Below, in pieces: positions 10,126-19,385 of a stretch of 64,000 nucleotides of DNA (positions are counted from its first letter, which is position 1; every line of letters starts with the position of its first letter). Under the pieces are notes generated by a model. That model was not told where the DNA came from, searched no databases, and saw nothing but the letters and a program-made list of their open reading frames with translations. The position numbers and the translations under genes are program-made. The stretch lies in assembly GCA_029945665.1 (NCBI GenBank), contig JAQSCZ010000122.1:1868-65867 (forward strand), written 5' to 3'. This DNA is from a bacterium. Its GTDB lineage: Bacteria > Bacteroidota > Bacteroidia > NS11-12g > UBA955.

Positions 10126-10932
10126 TTAGAGGAATAGAATCTTTATCAATGTAATTAATACAAAAACAACAAACACTATAGAAAGTGTTTTTGGTTTTAA
10201 GGTTTGTGCATATTTAACACCGTATCCTGATGCCAAGATTGCACTCGAAATAACAGGAATTAGTAGTGGCCAAACCAAATAACCGGTTTGATATTTAAAA
10301 TCTACAAACTGCATTGGCTTGATAGACCCATAGAAGATAATTAAAGGCATTGCAATAATTGGAATTACCGACAACGATAAACCTGTTGCAAACTTTATAG
10401 GCAATTTGAGTACTTTATTAAAATAAGGAACTAGAACAATCCCACCACCTAAGCCGCTTAAGGCAGTGACTAATCCGGCAAATAGCCCTGCGGGAATAAA
10501 TTTTCCTATTTTAGGAATCACTAATTCTGTAATCTCAGTCTTATTAGAAAAAAGCATTCTTATGGTTGTCAATATTAGGATGCCAGCAAATATATAATTG
10601 AACAATTGCGGATTGTTTATCCCATTGATATATATAAAATACGTTAGTATTAATGAAGAAACTGATGCAGAGATACCCGCAGCAAATGCAGAAGGAATAT
10701 GTGTGTTCTTTAATTTCAGTTGCTTAACTGTACCGCTGATACCAACCATAAATACAATAACTAAACTATTGGCCAAAGTATAAGCTACATTACCGTTTGA
10801 AATCTCATGATATACCAATAATTGTTGAATGACTGGTACGAATACAATGCCGCCTCCTACACCTAGCATCCCTGCTAAAAATCCCCCCACAAAACCAGCA
10901 AGTACTAATAATGATATTTCAATTAATGGCAA
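10126..10932 (-). CDS. TauE/SafE family sulfite exporter
   Basis: Duplicated GxxGxGGGxxxVP motifs; multi-pass membrane protein. Confidence 0.9.
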   Translation of the reverse strand: MPLIEISLLVLAGFVGGFLAGMLGVGGGIVFVPVIQQLLVYHEISNGNVAYTLANSLVIVFMVGISGTVKQLKLKNTHIPSAFAAGISASVSSLILTYFIYINGINNPQLFNYIFAGILILTTIRMLFSNKTEITELVIPKIGKFIPAGLFAGLVTALSGLGGGIVLVPYFNKVLKLPIKFATGLSLSVIPIIAMPLIIFYGSIKPMQFVDFKYQTGYLVWPLLIPVISSAILASGYGVKYAQTLKPKTLSIVFVVFVLITLIKILFL

Positions 10933-10933
10933 A

Positions 10934-12571
10934 TTATTTAATGGTTAAAATGGATAGGTATTGCGCAAGATCATTTAACAAATTTATAGACTTTAAAACA
11001 TCTTTGTCAGAATTAAATGTAGATTCTATGACCGCCTCTTCATAATAATATCGCCTTGCTATTTCTGAACTTAGCATAGTCATAATTTCGACCTTGTTTT
11101 TCTCAAGATCATTCATTTTTATTTTCTTTATACTATTTTCAATTGACTCAATCTCATTTTTAAGAATCGCCAAATTATCTTCTTCTGCAACCTTTTCCTT
11201 AAATAATTTTAAAGCAGTTTCGCTGTTTGTGAAATAGTTAAAGTTTTGTGTGGTAATAAAATTCTTAAAATCAACAAAATCCTTTTCTGATATCTTGAAA
11301 TTACTGATATCTGCAATGGCTTCGTGTTCATTGCGATAGTGAGTTGCAAAATCAAAAATAAGATAATTTTTTTCTAAATTTTTACTCAGATTCGAGAGCT
11401 TACTTTCTGCAACTAACACATCTGGCTTAACGCCTCCTCCGTCATATACAACTCTGCCACTTTTCGTTTTAAAAGCCTTCCTTAAACTATCTGGCACAAT
11501 ACCTGCGCTTCCATCTGGATTCCGATGGCTATAATCAAGCAATTGTATGCAACGATTAGAGGGTATATAGTATTTGGCTATGGTTAATTTCATTTGCGTG
11601 CCGTAAGGCAAACCTTTGGTATTTTGAACTAAACCCTTGCCAAAGGTATTTCTGCCAATAACAACTCCTCTATCAAAGTCCTGAATGGCACCACAAACAA
11701 TTTCACTAGCGCTTGCGGAATGGCTATTAACTAAAACCACCAATGGAATTGTGGCATCTACCACTTGATCTAGGGTTTTATACTCTCTAAAAGCCTCATC
11801 TGCTCTGCCTTTAGTCGTAACAACTATTTGATTAATACCAATAAAAATATTAACAATACTAACTGCCTCATGCAATAAACCACCACCATTATCTCTTAGA
11901 TCGAGCACAATATTTTTCACGCCTCTTTGCTTAAGATTTACTAAAGCATCTTTCACTTCTTTGGCAGCTCCCATCATAAAATGATCTAATTTTATATACC
12001 CTATTTCAGCATTGACCAATCCAAAATAAGAAACATTTTTTAATTTAATATCTTCTCTTGTAATTTCTACTAGTTTTTTAATGCCATCTCGTTCAATTGT
12101 TAGCACTACCTTGGTATTAGGAGATCCTCTTAAGGCATCACTAGATTCTTCTAAACTTTTCCCAACAAAATTCTTTCCATTGACTTCTATCAACTTGTCG
12201 CCAACTCTTAGGCCTGCTTTATCTGCTGCTAGACCTCTATAAACAATATTAATGTATTGATAATCGCCCCGCTTTACACTGCTACAACCAATCCCTCCAT
12301 ATTCCCCACTTCGCATTATCATCGCATCTTCTGCCTGACTTTCAGTGTAAAAATTGGTGTATGGATCTAAAGAGCCCAACATGGCATCAATGCCCTTTTT
12401 CATCAATTCTCCAGGTTTTATATCATCTACATATCCCGTATGAATCTCTTTATATACCCCTCCAAAAATTTCAAGATTTTTACTGACTTCAAAATAATCA
12501 TCTGCTTGCTTAAAAGCAAAAATAAATAGGAGCCCAATTGAAATAATAAATAATTTCCGTTTTGAAAACAT
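10934..12571 (-). CDS. S41 family C-terminal processing peptidase (PDZ)
   Basis: LDPYT, LDLRDNGGG, SASASEI and TFGKGLVQ motifs. Confidence 0.95.
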   Translation of the reverse strand: MFSKRKLFIISIGLLFIFAFKQADDYFEVSKNLEIFGGVYKEIHTGYVDDIKPGELMKKGIDAMLGSLDPYTNFYTESQAEDAMIMRSGEYGGIGCSSVKRGDYQYINIVYRGLAADKAGLRVGDKLIEVNGKNFVGKSLEESSDALRGSPNTKVVLTIERDGIKKLVEITREDIKLKNVSYFGLVNAEIGYIKLDHFMMGAAKEVKDALVNLKQRGVKNIVLDLRDNGGGLLHEAVSIVNIFIGINQIVVTTKGRADEAFREYKTLDQVVDATIPLVVLVNSHSASASEIVCGAIQDFDRGVVIGRNTFGKGLVQNTKGLPYGTQMKLTIAKYYIPSNRCIQLLDYSHRNPDGSAGIVPDSLRKAFKTKSGRVVYDGGGVKPDVLVAESKLSNLSKNLEKNYLIFDFATHYRNEHEAIADISNFKISEKDFVDFKNFITTQNFNYFTNSETALKLFKEKVAEEDNLAILKNEIESIENSIKKIKMNDLEKNKVEIMTMLSSEIARRYYYEEAVIESTFNSDKDVLKSINLLNDLAQYLSILTIK

Positions 12572-12613
12572 TAAACAAATTTAACAACTTTTGGCTGAAA
12601 ATAAGAAAATATT

Positions 12614-13492
12614 TTAGTTGCGGTGATCCATTCCCCAAAGCATTTTATTGCGCAGGGTTTTCAAATAAGTATCGCCTTCAAAACGCACTAAATTGATTGA
12701 AAAATCAGCTTTCTTAATGGCTATTTGAACTTTATTGTCAATTGTCACAGAGCGACTATCCAAACTTGCTAAAAAATAATTACTCCTACCCTCTATTTCA
12801 AAACTCAATACTTGGTCATCTGGAATAATCACTGGACGAACATTGAGGTTATGAGGTGCAATTGGCGTTACAACAATACTTCCTGACTTAGGAAATAAAA
12901 TTGGCCCACCGCAACTTAAAGAATAACCAGATGAGCCAGTAGGAGTGGCTACGATTAAACCATCAGCCCAATATGAATTAAGGGGTTCTCCATTTAAGAA
13001 TGCGTGAACAATGATCATACTACTCGTTTCCTTTTTATGCAGAACGAAATCATTCATGGCGTAATTAAAATCAAACAATTGTTGGTTACTCTCTAATTGT
13101 AAAAGATTCCTTTTGTCAATTAAATAACTCCCGCGCTTTAATTGATTGAAAGCATCCTTTAATCCACTGGTATTAACATTGGCTAAAAACCCAAGTCGAC
13201 CCGTATTTACGCCAATTAAGGGAATGCCACTGTCGGATAAAATCTCAACGGCATCAAGTATGGTGCCATCCCCACCAATGCAGATAAGGTAGTCAATTAA
13301 TTTATTTTTACTAGATAACTTATCAAAAACTTCTTTGGTATTAATATCTAAATTAAAGTTTTTAAATTCCTTAATTAGATGTTCATGATAAAAAACAGTA
13401 ACTCCCTCTGAAATTAGAAACTCAATAATTTCTTGTACCAAATTTAATTGGTTATCTGAATTAATTACTTTTGAATACAGTCCTATTTTCAT
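12614..13492 (-). CDS. nadK: NAD kinase
   Basis: GGDGT, GVNTGRLGFL and DGLIVATPTGSSGYSLSCGGP motifs. Confidence 0.96.
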   Translation of the reverse strand: MKIGLYSKVINSDNQLNLVQEIIEFLISEGVTVFYHEHLIKEFKNFNLDINTKEVFDKLSSKNKLIDYLICIGGDGTILDAVEILSDSGIPLIGVNTGRLGFLANVNTSGLKDAFNQLKRGSYLIDKRNLLQLESNQQLFDFNYAMNDFVLHKKETSSMIIVHAFLNGEPLNSYWADGLIVATPTGSSGYSLSCGGPILFPKSGSIVVTPIAPHNLNVRPVIIPDDQVLSFEIEGRSNYFLASLDSRSVTIDNKVQIAIKKADFSINLVRFEGDTYLKTLRNKMLWGMDHRN

Positions 13493-13561
13493 GTTAGTTA
13501 ATCACAAAGGTAATTGATTTATATTGAGCCTTCAAAATTCCTATAAAGTTGCGAAGGCATA

Positions 13562-14080
13562 TTAAAATTCAAATCTCATCACTTGCGTTTGGAGCTTATT
13601 GCTTTTATGAAGCGCACGGTCGTATAATTGGAAAGTGTAGTACATAGAATCTGGAAATAAGCCAATATACGGAGATGCTTTAAGTAACAACCTAATTTCA
13701 CCACTTATTCCTTTTGATTTGCCCGTAGGTGTTAAATTTACAATCCTTTCATTATAGTTGAGTGTGTCAGCTGGGAAGGAGGGATTTGGAATTTTTGAAG
13801 CTATTCCATTTTCAATTTGAAATATTTCAATAATTAAGTTATTGTAATAAGGGGAGCCCTCATTAAAGGGTGAAATTGTATCTTCGGTATTCAAACCAAT
13901 ATCACCATCGCCATCAACATATGAAACTATAAAATTAACTGCCGAGTCTTTGCCCTTTAGCTTTAATTGTTCTACCAATTTGAACGATATACCAGGAATA
14001 ATAGAATCTTTATTAGCTTCCTGCTTGCAACTTGCAATAAAAATTAAAATGAATATAAATATACTATATTTTTGAGCCAT
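13562..14080 (-). CDS. Hypothetical lipoprotein (DGDGDIG motif)
   Basis: Lipobox IASC; YVDGDGDIG and YDRA..KSN motifs shared with 31319..31783. Confidence 0.75.
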   Translation of the reverse strand: MAQKYSIFIFILIFIASCKQEANKDSIIPGISFKLVEQLKLKGKDSAVNFIVSYVDGDGDIGLNTEDTISPFNEGSPYYNNLIIEIFQIENGIASKIPNPSFPADTLNYNERIVNLTPTGKSKGISGEIRLLLKASPYIGLFPDSMYYTFQLYDRALHKSNKLQTQVMRFEF

Positions 14081-15062
14081 GCTTCTAAATCAGTTAGAAA
14101 AAGCGATTTTTACTGTTACCGATTCACAATTTGAACAGCTTGCACTTGAGGTATTTCGCCATCAAAGCAAACATTGTGAGGTGTTTAAGCAGTATTTGCA
14201 CTTTTTAAAATCTGACATAACAAAGATAAACAAGCTTGAAGAGATTCCCTATTTACCGATAGAATTTTTTAAACATTTTAAAATTACCACAGGGCATTTT
14301 TTACCGGAAATTGTTTTTGAAAGCAGCAGTACGAGTGGAATTGGAATTAGTAAGCACCATGTAAAGTCAACTTCATGGTACCAAACCGCATTTAATAAAA
14401 GTTTTGAATTTAATATACAAAAACCTGAATTATTCTGTCATTTAGCACTACTCCCATCCTACTTAGAGAGAGAGAATTCATCACTCGTTTTTCAAATTAA
14501 TGAATTTATTCAAAAGAGTAATTACAAAGAAAGTGGCTTTTTTTTATACAATCACCAAGAATTAGCAGAACGAATTAGACAAAACGAGGACCATCAAATA
14601 CCCACGATTTTGTGGGGTGTAACCTACGCGCTTATTAACTTTTCAGAAGCTTTCCATTTAGAACTCAAACACACCCAAATTATTGAAACAGGCGGCATGA
14701 AAGGAAAAAGAAAAGAAATTGTTAGAGATGAATTACATGCTTTATTAAAATCTGCATTTCAACTAAACGCCATAGGGGGAGAGTATGGCATGACGGAATT
14801 AATGAGTCAGGCCTATTCATTAAGCAATGGCTTATATCAATGTCCGCCTTGGATGAAGATAACAACCCGTGAAATCAATGACCCATTAACACCCATTAAT
14901 AATTACAAGAATGGGGTATTAAATATTATTGATTTGGCTAATTTAAACAGTTGCGCATTCATTGCAACTTCTGATATTGGAAAAGTGCACCCCAACGGCC
15001 AATTTGAAGTTTTAGGTAGACTCGACAACAGTGATACAAGAGGCTGTAATTTGCTGGTATAA
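14079..15062 (+). CDS. LuxE-like acyl-protein synthetase / acyltransferase
   Basis: IPYLPIEFFK, FESSST, ETGGMKG, EYGMTELMSQAY and GRLDNSDTRGC motifs. Confidence 0.88.
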   Translation: MLLNQLEKAIFTVTDSQFEQLALEVFRHQSKHCEVFKQYLHFLKSDITKINKLEEIPYLPIEFFKHFKITTGHFLPEIVFESSSTSGIGISKHHVKSTSWYQTAFNKSFEFNIQKPELFCHLALLPSYLERENSSLVFQINEFIQKSNYKESGFFLYNHQELAERIRQNEDHQIPTILWGVTYALINFSEAFHLELKHTQIIETGGMKGKRKEIVRDELHALLKSAFQLNAIGGEYGMTELMSQAYSLSNGLYQCPPWMKITTREINDPLTPINNYKNGVLNIIDLANLNSCAFIATSDIGKVHPNGQFEVLGRLDNSDTRGCNLLV

Positions 15063-16011
15063 TAAATATTTAAATCCTGCTTTGATAATAATTATTCAAC
15101 AACTAAAGACTTACATTAGCTCTCAAAAGATTGCGCATTGGCTTATACTACTAGTGTTTTGTACGATTAGTGTTTATGTAAATTATGGCTTAGGACTGCA
15201 AGAAAGAATCAATCAATTGAGCGGCTTAAAAGAATATGGAAGCTATGTTGCATTGTATGCTGTTCATTCAATTTTTGCATTTTTAGTCTATAGTATTTTA
15301 TATCAAAAATACGAGTTTTGGAAAGCCCCAGGATTTGTCATTTTATTAGTTTGCAGTTTTTTAATTTTTGCCCTGCGAGCAACCATATCTCAGCACTTTG
15401 ACTTAATTGAAGATTGGTCACGTGAGGGTCAAAAGAGAATCAATCAGTTTGTTTTTAACGATGTTTTTAGATTGCTTTGCATATTTATACCAATTTCACT
15501 CATTTGGTTACTTGTTGACAGAAAAACTATGCCCTTGTATGGTTTAACCCTAAAAAATCACAAGCCCAAGGTGTATTGGATTCTTTTGCTTTGTATGCTG
15601 CCATTAATAGCTGGAGCAAGCTGTTTGAGCGACTTTCTAAGTTATTATCCCAGATTACATATATTACAAAATTACAATCCACCAACCTGGAAATTATGGC
15701 TATTTGAACTATTTTACGGCATGGACTTTTCCTCAATTGAGCTCTTCTTTAGAGGTTTTTTAGTCATTGGTTTTGCTAAATATGTAGGTAGCAACAGCAT
15801 CCTTCCAATGGCTTGTTTCTATTTATCTATCCATTATGGAAAGCCTATGGGTGAGGCTATAAGCTCATTTTTTGGTGGTACAATTTTAGGTGTTATTTCT
15901 TACCATAGTGGTAGTATATTTGGCGGCATAATGGTACACGCTGGAATTGCATGGTTAATGGAAGCTGGTGGCGTTATTGGAAATTATATTAAAACATTAT
16001 GGGTGGATTAA
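15031..16011 (+). CDS. CPBP (CAAX/Abi) family intramembrane glutamic endopeptidase (start uncertain; TTG 15082 possible)
   Basis: ELFFRG, IHYGKP and HAGIAWLME motifs; multi-pass membrane protein. Confidence 0.85.
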   Translation: MIQEAVICWYNKYLNPALIIIIQQLKTYISSQKIAHWLILLVFCTISVYVNYGLGLQERINQLSGLKEYGSYVALYAVHSIFAFLVYSILYQKYEFWKAPGFVILLVCSFLIFALRATISQHFDLIEDWSREGQKRINQFVFNDVFRLLCIFIPISLIWLLVDRKTMPLYGLTLKNHKPKVYWILLLCMLPLIAGASCLSDFLSYYPRLHILQNYNPPTWKLWLFELFYGMDFSSIELFFRGFLVIGFAKYVGSNSILPMACFYLSIHYGKPMGEAISSFFGGTILGVISYHSGSIFGGIMVHAGIAWLMEAGGVIGNYIKTLWVD

Positions 16012-17129
16012 AAATAATTGGTACAAACGCCTTGACATATCCAGAAATTAGAAATTTTGCAGGACATGCATATACCAATTTTCGTTTCAAAAAAGTTTTT
16101 GACTTCTATAAATTTCCCGCTTATTTTCTTTTTAAACTAAAAGGGTTAATTAATCGAAAATGGCTGAATAGCTATATGGATTTGGGCTTAAATAAAGTTA
16201 GTTTCTATCATTTTTTCAATGTCATTAACTTAGGTAACAAGCCCACCATTATAACCTTTGAAACCAGTTTGCCCAGATGGAATGATACAACTAATGATTT
16301 TAAAAATGGCCTTGAAATAATCGCCAAAAAAAATTGTGTTCAACTAATCGCTCTTTCTCAATCGGCCTATGATAGACAGGCAATGGTTTGCAAAAAATAC
16401 AGGCCAGATTTATTACATAAGATAATGGCTAAAAACCGTGTGATTTTGCCACCCCAAATTAATTTCATTAACCATATTAATGAAAAAAGGGAGCCTGGAA
16501 AATTCATTATTTTTACTATTGTCGGGGCCGATTTTTTCAGAAAAGGTGGGCAAGCTATTTTGAATGCTTTTGAAGAATTAATTACACAAAACCAACCAAT
16601 TCATCTAAATATTGTAAGCACGCTTAACTATGGCGACTATGCCTCGAAAACAAATATTGAAGATTTTGAATTGGCCGTAAAATTGATTCAAAAATACCCC
16701 AATCATATTTCACACTTCAAATCGCTTTCAAACGAATCTGTAAAAACGCTGCTATTAGATACAGATGTTGCACTTTTGCCTAGTATTGCCGAAACTTTTG
16801 GTTATTTTATATTAGAGGCTCAAGCGGCAGGTTGTCCTGTGATTACAACGGATATAAGGGCAATGCCGGAAATAAACAGTATAGAAACCGGTTGGTTAAT
16901 CCCAATTAGAAAAGCGAATAGTGACGAAGCTGAAATAGATAATCCAACGGCTTTAATATCCAAAATAAGCATTCATTTATGCCAAATAATTAATGAAATA
17001 TTGGCAGAGCCAAGCATTGTCAGAGAAAAAGGCGCTAAAGCTTTAAATAATATTATAAAAAATCACTCGCCAATGCATCACCAAGCATTGCTCGAATCTA
17101 TTTATACTTCAATCTTACAAAATGAGTAA
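15999..17129 (+). CDS. Glycosyltransferase family 4
   Basis: RKG and ETFGYFILEAQAAGCPVITT GT-B motifs. Confidence 0.92.
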   Translation: MGGLKIIGTNALTYPEIRNFAGHAYTNFRFKKVFDFYKFPAYFLFKLKGLINRKWLNSYMDLGLNKVSFYHFFNVINLGNKPTIITFETSLPRWNDTTNDFKNGLEIIAKKNCVQLIALSQSAYDRQAMVCKKYRPDLLHKIMAKNRVILPPQINFINHINEKREPGKFIIFTIVGADFFRKGGQAILNAFEELITQNQPIHLNIVSTLNYGDYASKTNIEDFELAVKLIQKYPNHISHFKSLSNESVKTLLLDTDVALLPSIAETFGYFILEAQAAGCPVITTDIRAMPEINSIETGWLIPIRKANSDEAEIDNPTALISKISIHLCQIINEILAEPSIVREKGAKALNNIIKNHSPMHHQALLESIYTSILQNE

Positions 17130-18402
17130 ACGCATATTTTGGATATTGGCCATAGGTTTGCATTTTTTATTTTTGTTAATGCAACTATTGGGGCATACAA
17201 CGATGCTACAGGATACCAAAGAATATCTCTTTGCGGCAGACAACTTGATCCAATATCATCAACTCTATTGTAACGACTTTAGCGCGCCTTTAAATCCAGA
17301 TTATTTAACCAAAAGACCCTTTTTATACCCTGCTATTTTAGCAATCTTTAGATTAATCAGTTTTGAAAACAATTCTATTTTTTTAGCCATTGTTTTAATA
17401 ATTCAAAACTGCGTAAGTTTATTTAATCTAAAAATAATGCTAAAAATTGTTAGCCATTTTAAAGGTGATGTGAACTATCTCTATGCTTTTATCTTATTAA
17501 TAATTACACCAGCACAATTGATTTATGCGAATCTAATTATGACTGAAATATGGCTTCAATTCATCATCTTAATGCTACTTAACTATTTTCTATTTTACCG
17601 GGATAGTAAAAAATGGCAAGTATACGCTTCAATTTTATGCATTGCTGGCATTGCATTAAAACCGGTTATCATATTTTTAGCGCTTATTTTTCCTGCATTA
17701 ATAATTTATTTTTATTATAAAAAATTAAATTTGAGACTCATTGTGATAAGTATACTACCCGCAATTTTTGTGCTATTAACCATTCAATGGAATGCGAAAC
17801 GAACAGGTTCTTATCAATATTCTGCTATTAGCACCATTAATCTTTTACATTACAATGCTTATACCCTTTTAATTCATGAGGAAGGCATTTCTAAAGCGGA
17901 TTCAACTATAGACGATATCACAAAACAGTCGTTGCAGAGAGCAAGTTACAGTGAGCAACAAAAATACAAGGAAAAAGCTGCCAAAAGCATAATTGGTAAT
18001 CATATTGGAGCCTATACTTATCTGCATCTAAGAGGCGCATTTTTATGTTTACTTGACCCAGGAAGATTTGACATCACGCAATTTTTCAACTTACCACATA
18101 CACAAAATTTGGTTTACGAAGCCAGTAAAAAAAACAACAAGCTGCAACTTGTTAAAAGCTTTATAAACCCACTTGGCATTGTTTTAATAGGCCTCTTTGC
18201 TTGCAATATTTTTAAACTGATTTTCGGAGTTAAATTTATCTTCTCAAAGCATACCAAATCACTTAATAAATTTTTACTATTACTATTTCCTTTATATATT
18301 ATATTAATTACTGGACCAATAGGAAGTAGTCGATTTGCCATACCATTTATACCAATATATTTTGCTATTATTTTAATTACTTTAAGTCGGGGTAAAGTTT
18401 AA
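17122..18402 (+). CDS. Integral membrane protein, GT-C (ArnT/PMT-like) glycosyltransferase candidate
   Basis: Multi-pass; DTKEY, RPFLYP, MTE, LKP and RF motifs typical of GT-C-like proteins. Confidence 0.6.
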   Translation: MSKRIFWILAIGLHFLFLLMQLLGHTTMLQDTKEYLFAADNLIQYHQLYCNDFSAPLNPDYLTKRPFLYPAILAIFRLISFENNSIFLAIVLIIQNCVSLFNLKIMLKIVSHFKGDVNYLYAFILLIITPAQLIYANLIMTEIWLQFIILMLLNYFLFYRDSKKWQVYASILCIAGIALKPVIIFLALIFPALIIYFYYKKLNLRLIVISILPAIFVLLTIQWNAKRTGSYQYSAISTINLLHYNAYTLLIHEEGISKADSTIDDITKQSLQRASYSEQQKYKEKAAKSIIGNHIGAYTYLHLRGAFLCLLDPGRFDITQFFNLPHTQNLVYEASKKNNKLQLVKSFINPLGIVLIGLFACNIFKLIFGVKFIFSKHTKSLNKFLLLLFPLYIILITGPIGSSRFAIPFIPIYFAIILITLSRGKV

Positions 18403-18643
18403 AAAATTAGTTAAATATGGTATATTTTCATTTTGTTAAAAGCAAAAGTGCCTAATACAATTGCTTACTTTCCAAATCCATTGAATAGATTTAAATAAAA
18501 CGGCTATGGATTCACTAAATTAAAAATTTACAACACATTGAACTAAATTGTAAAACTGGAAAATAAAGCTAATGATGAAAATGGATAACTGAGTTTTGAA
18601 GCTAGGCTTTATGTTTCAATAACTATTTTCAAGTTGATTAAAC

Positions 18644-19381
18644 TTAAACTTTGTTGGAATTAATAACTTTTGTAAAATCAATTTTATTAAACAACTTACT
18701 TTGTAACACTTCTGTATTTAATTCAAGATGGTTAACACTATGGGCATCTGTACCTAAAAAACTGTAGTGTCCATTTTGAATTAACCATTGGGCTAATTTT
18801 TTTGCACCTGGTGAATAATAACCAATAAGAGACAATAAATTGATTTGAAATTTAATCCCTGTTTCAAGGATTTTTTCTACTTGCTCATAATTATTTTGCA
18901 AATACACATAGCGCTCAGGATGTGCAAATACTGGGGAATAACCTTGAGTTCTTAAATCAAATACAAGCTCCGTGAAAAAAATCGGTTTATTTAAAAAAGA
19001 GGTTTCTACAAGCACGTATTCCTTGTCGAAGGTCATTAGTTTTTCTCTGTTCTTTACCCTGTCAAGAAAATACTCATCCATATAATACTCCGCTGCGAAA
19101 TCTATTTCGAGAGGAATCCCATTACTAGAAAATGCTGCATTTAAAAGGTTTCTTTTTTCTCCTATTATTTCAGGGGTATTCTCGTAATAATTAGCCATTA
19201 TGTGAGGCGTAGCAATGATTTTTGAGTAACCTAAATCAACAAAATAATTTGCCATTATTAAAGAATTTTCAATTGTTTTTGAACCATCATCAATTCCAAA
19301 TAAGATGTGATTATGCATGTCCCACTTTAAAGGGGAAATACTGCTCGCTTTCTTTGAAAAGAATCGATCTAAAAAACCCAT
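18644..19381 (-). CDS. CpsB/CapC (PHP-fold) protein-tyrosine phosphatase
   Basis: DMHNHILFGIDDG, ATPH, AHPERY and GTDAH motifs. Confidence 0.94.
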   Translation of the reverse strand: MGFLDRFFSKKASSISPLKWDMHNHILFGIDDGSKTIENSLIMANYFVDLGYSKIIATPHIMANYYENTPEIIGEKRNLLNAAFSSNGIPLEIDFAAEYYMDEYFLDRVKNREKLMTFDKEYVLVETSFLNKPIFFTELVFDLRTQGYSPVFAHPERYVYLQNNYEQVEKILETGIKFQINLLSLIGYYSPGAKKLAQWLIQNGHYSFLGTDAHSVNHLELNTEVLQSKLFNKIDFTKVINSNKV

Positions 19382-19385
19382 TCCA

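Noticed and set aside
14079..15062. LuxE-like gene as evidence of bioluminescence
   Set aside because: No luxA/B/C/D in the window; stand-alone LuxE-like genes are common in Bacteroidota
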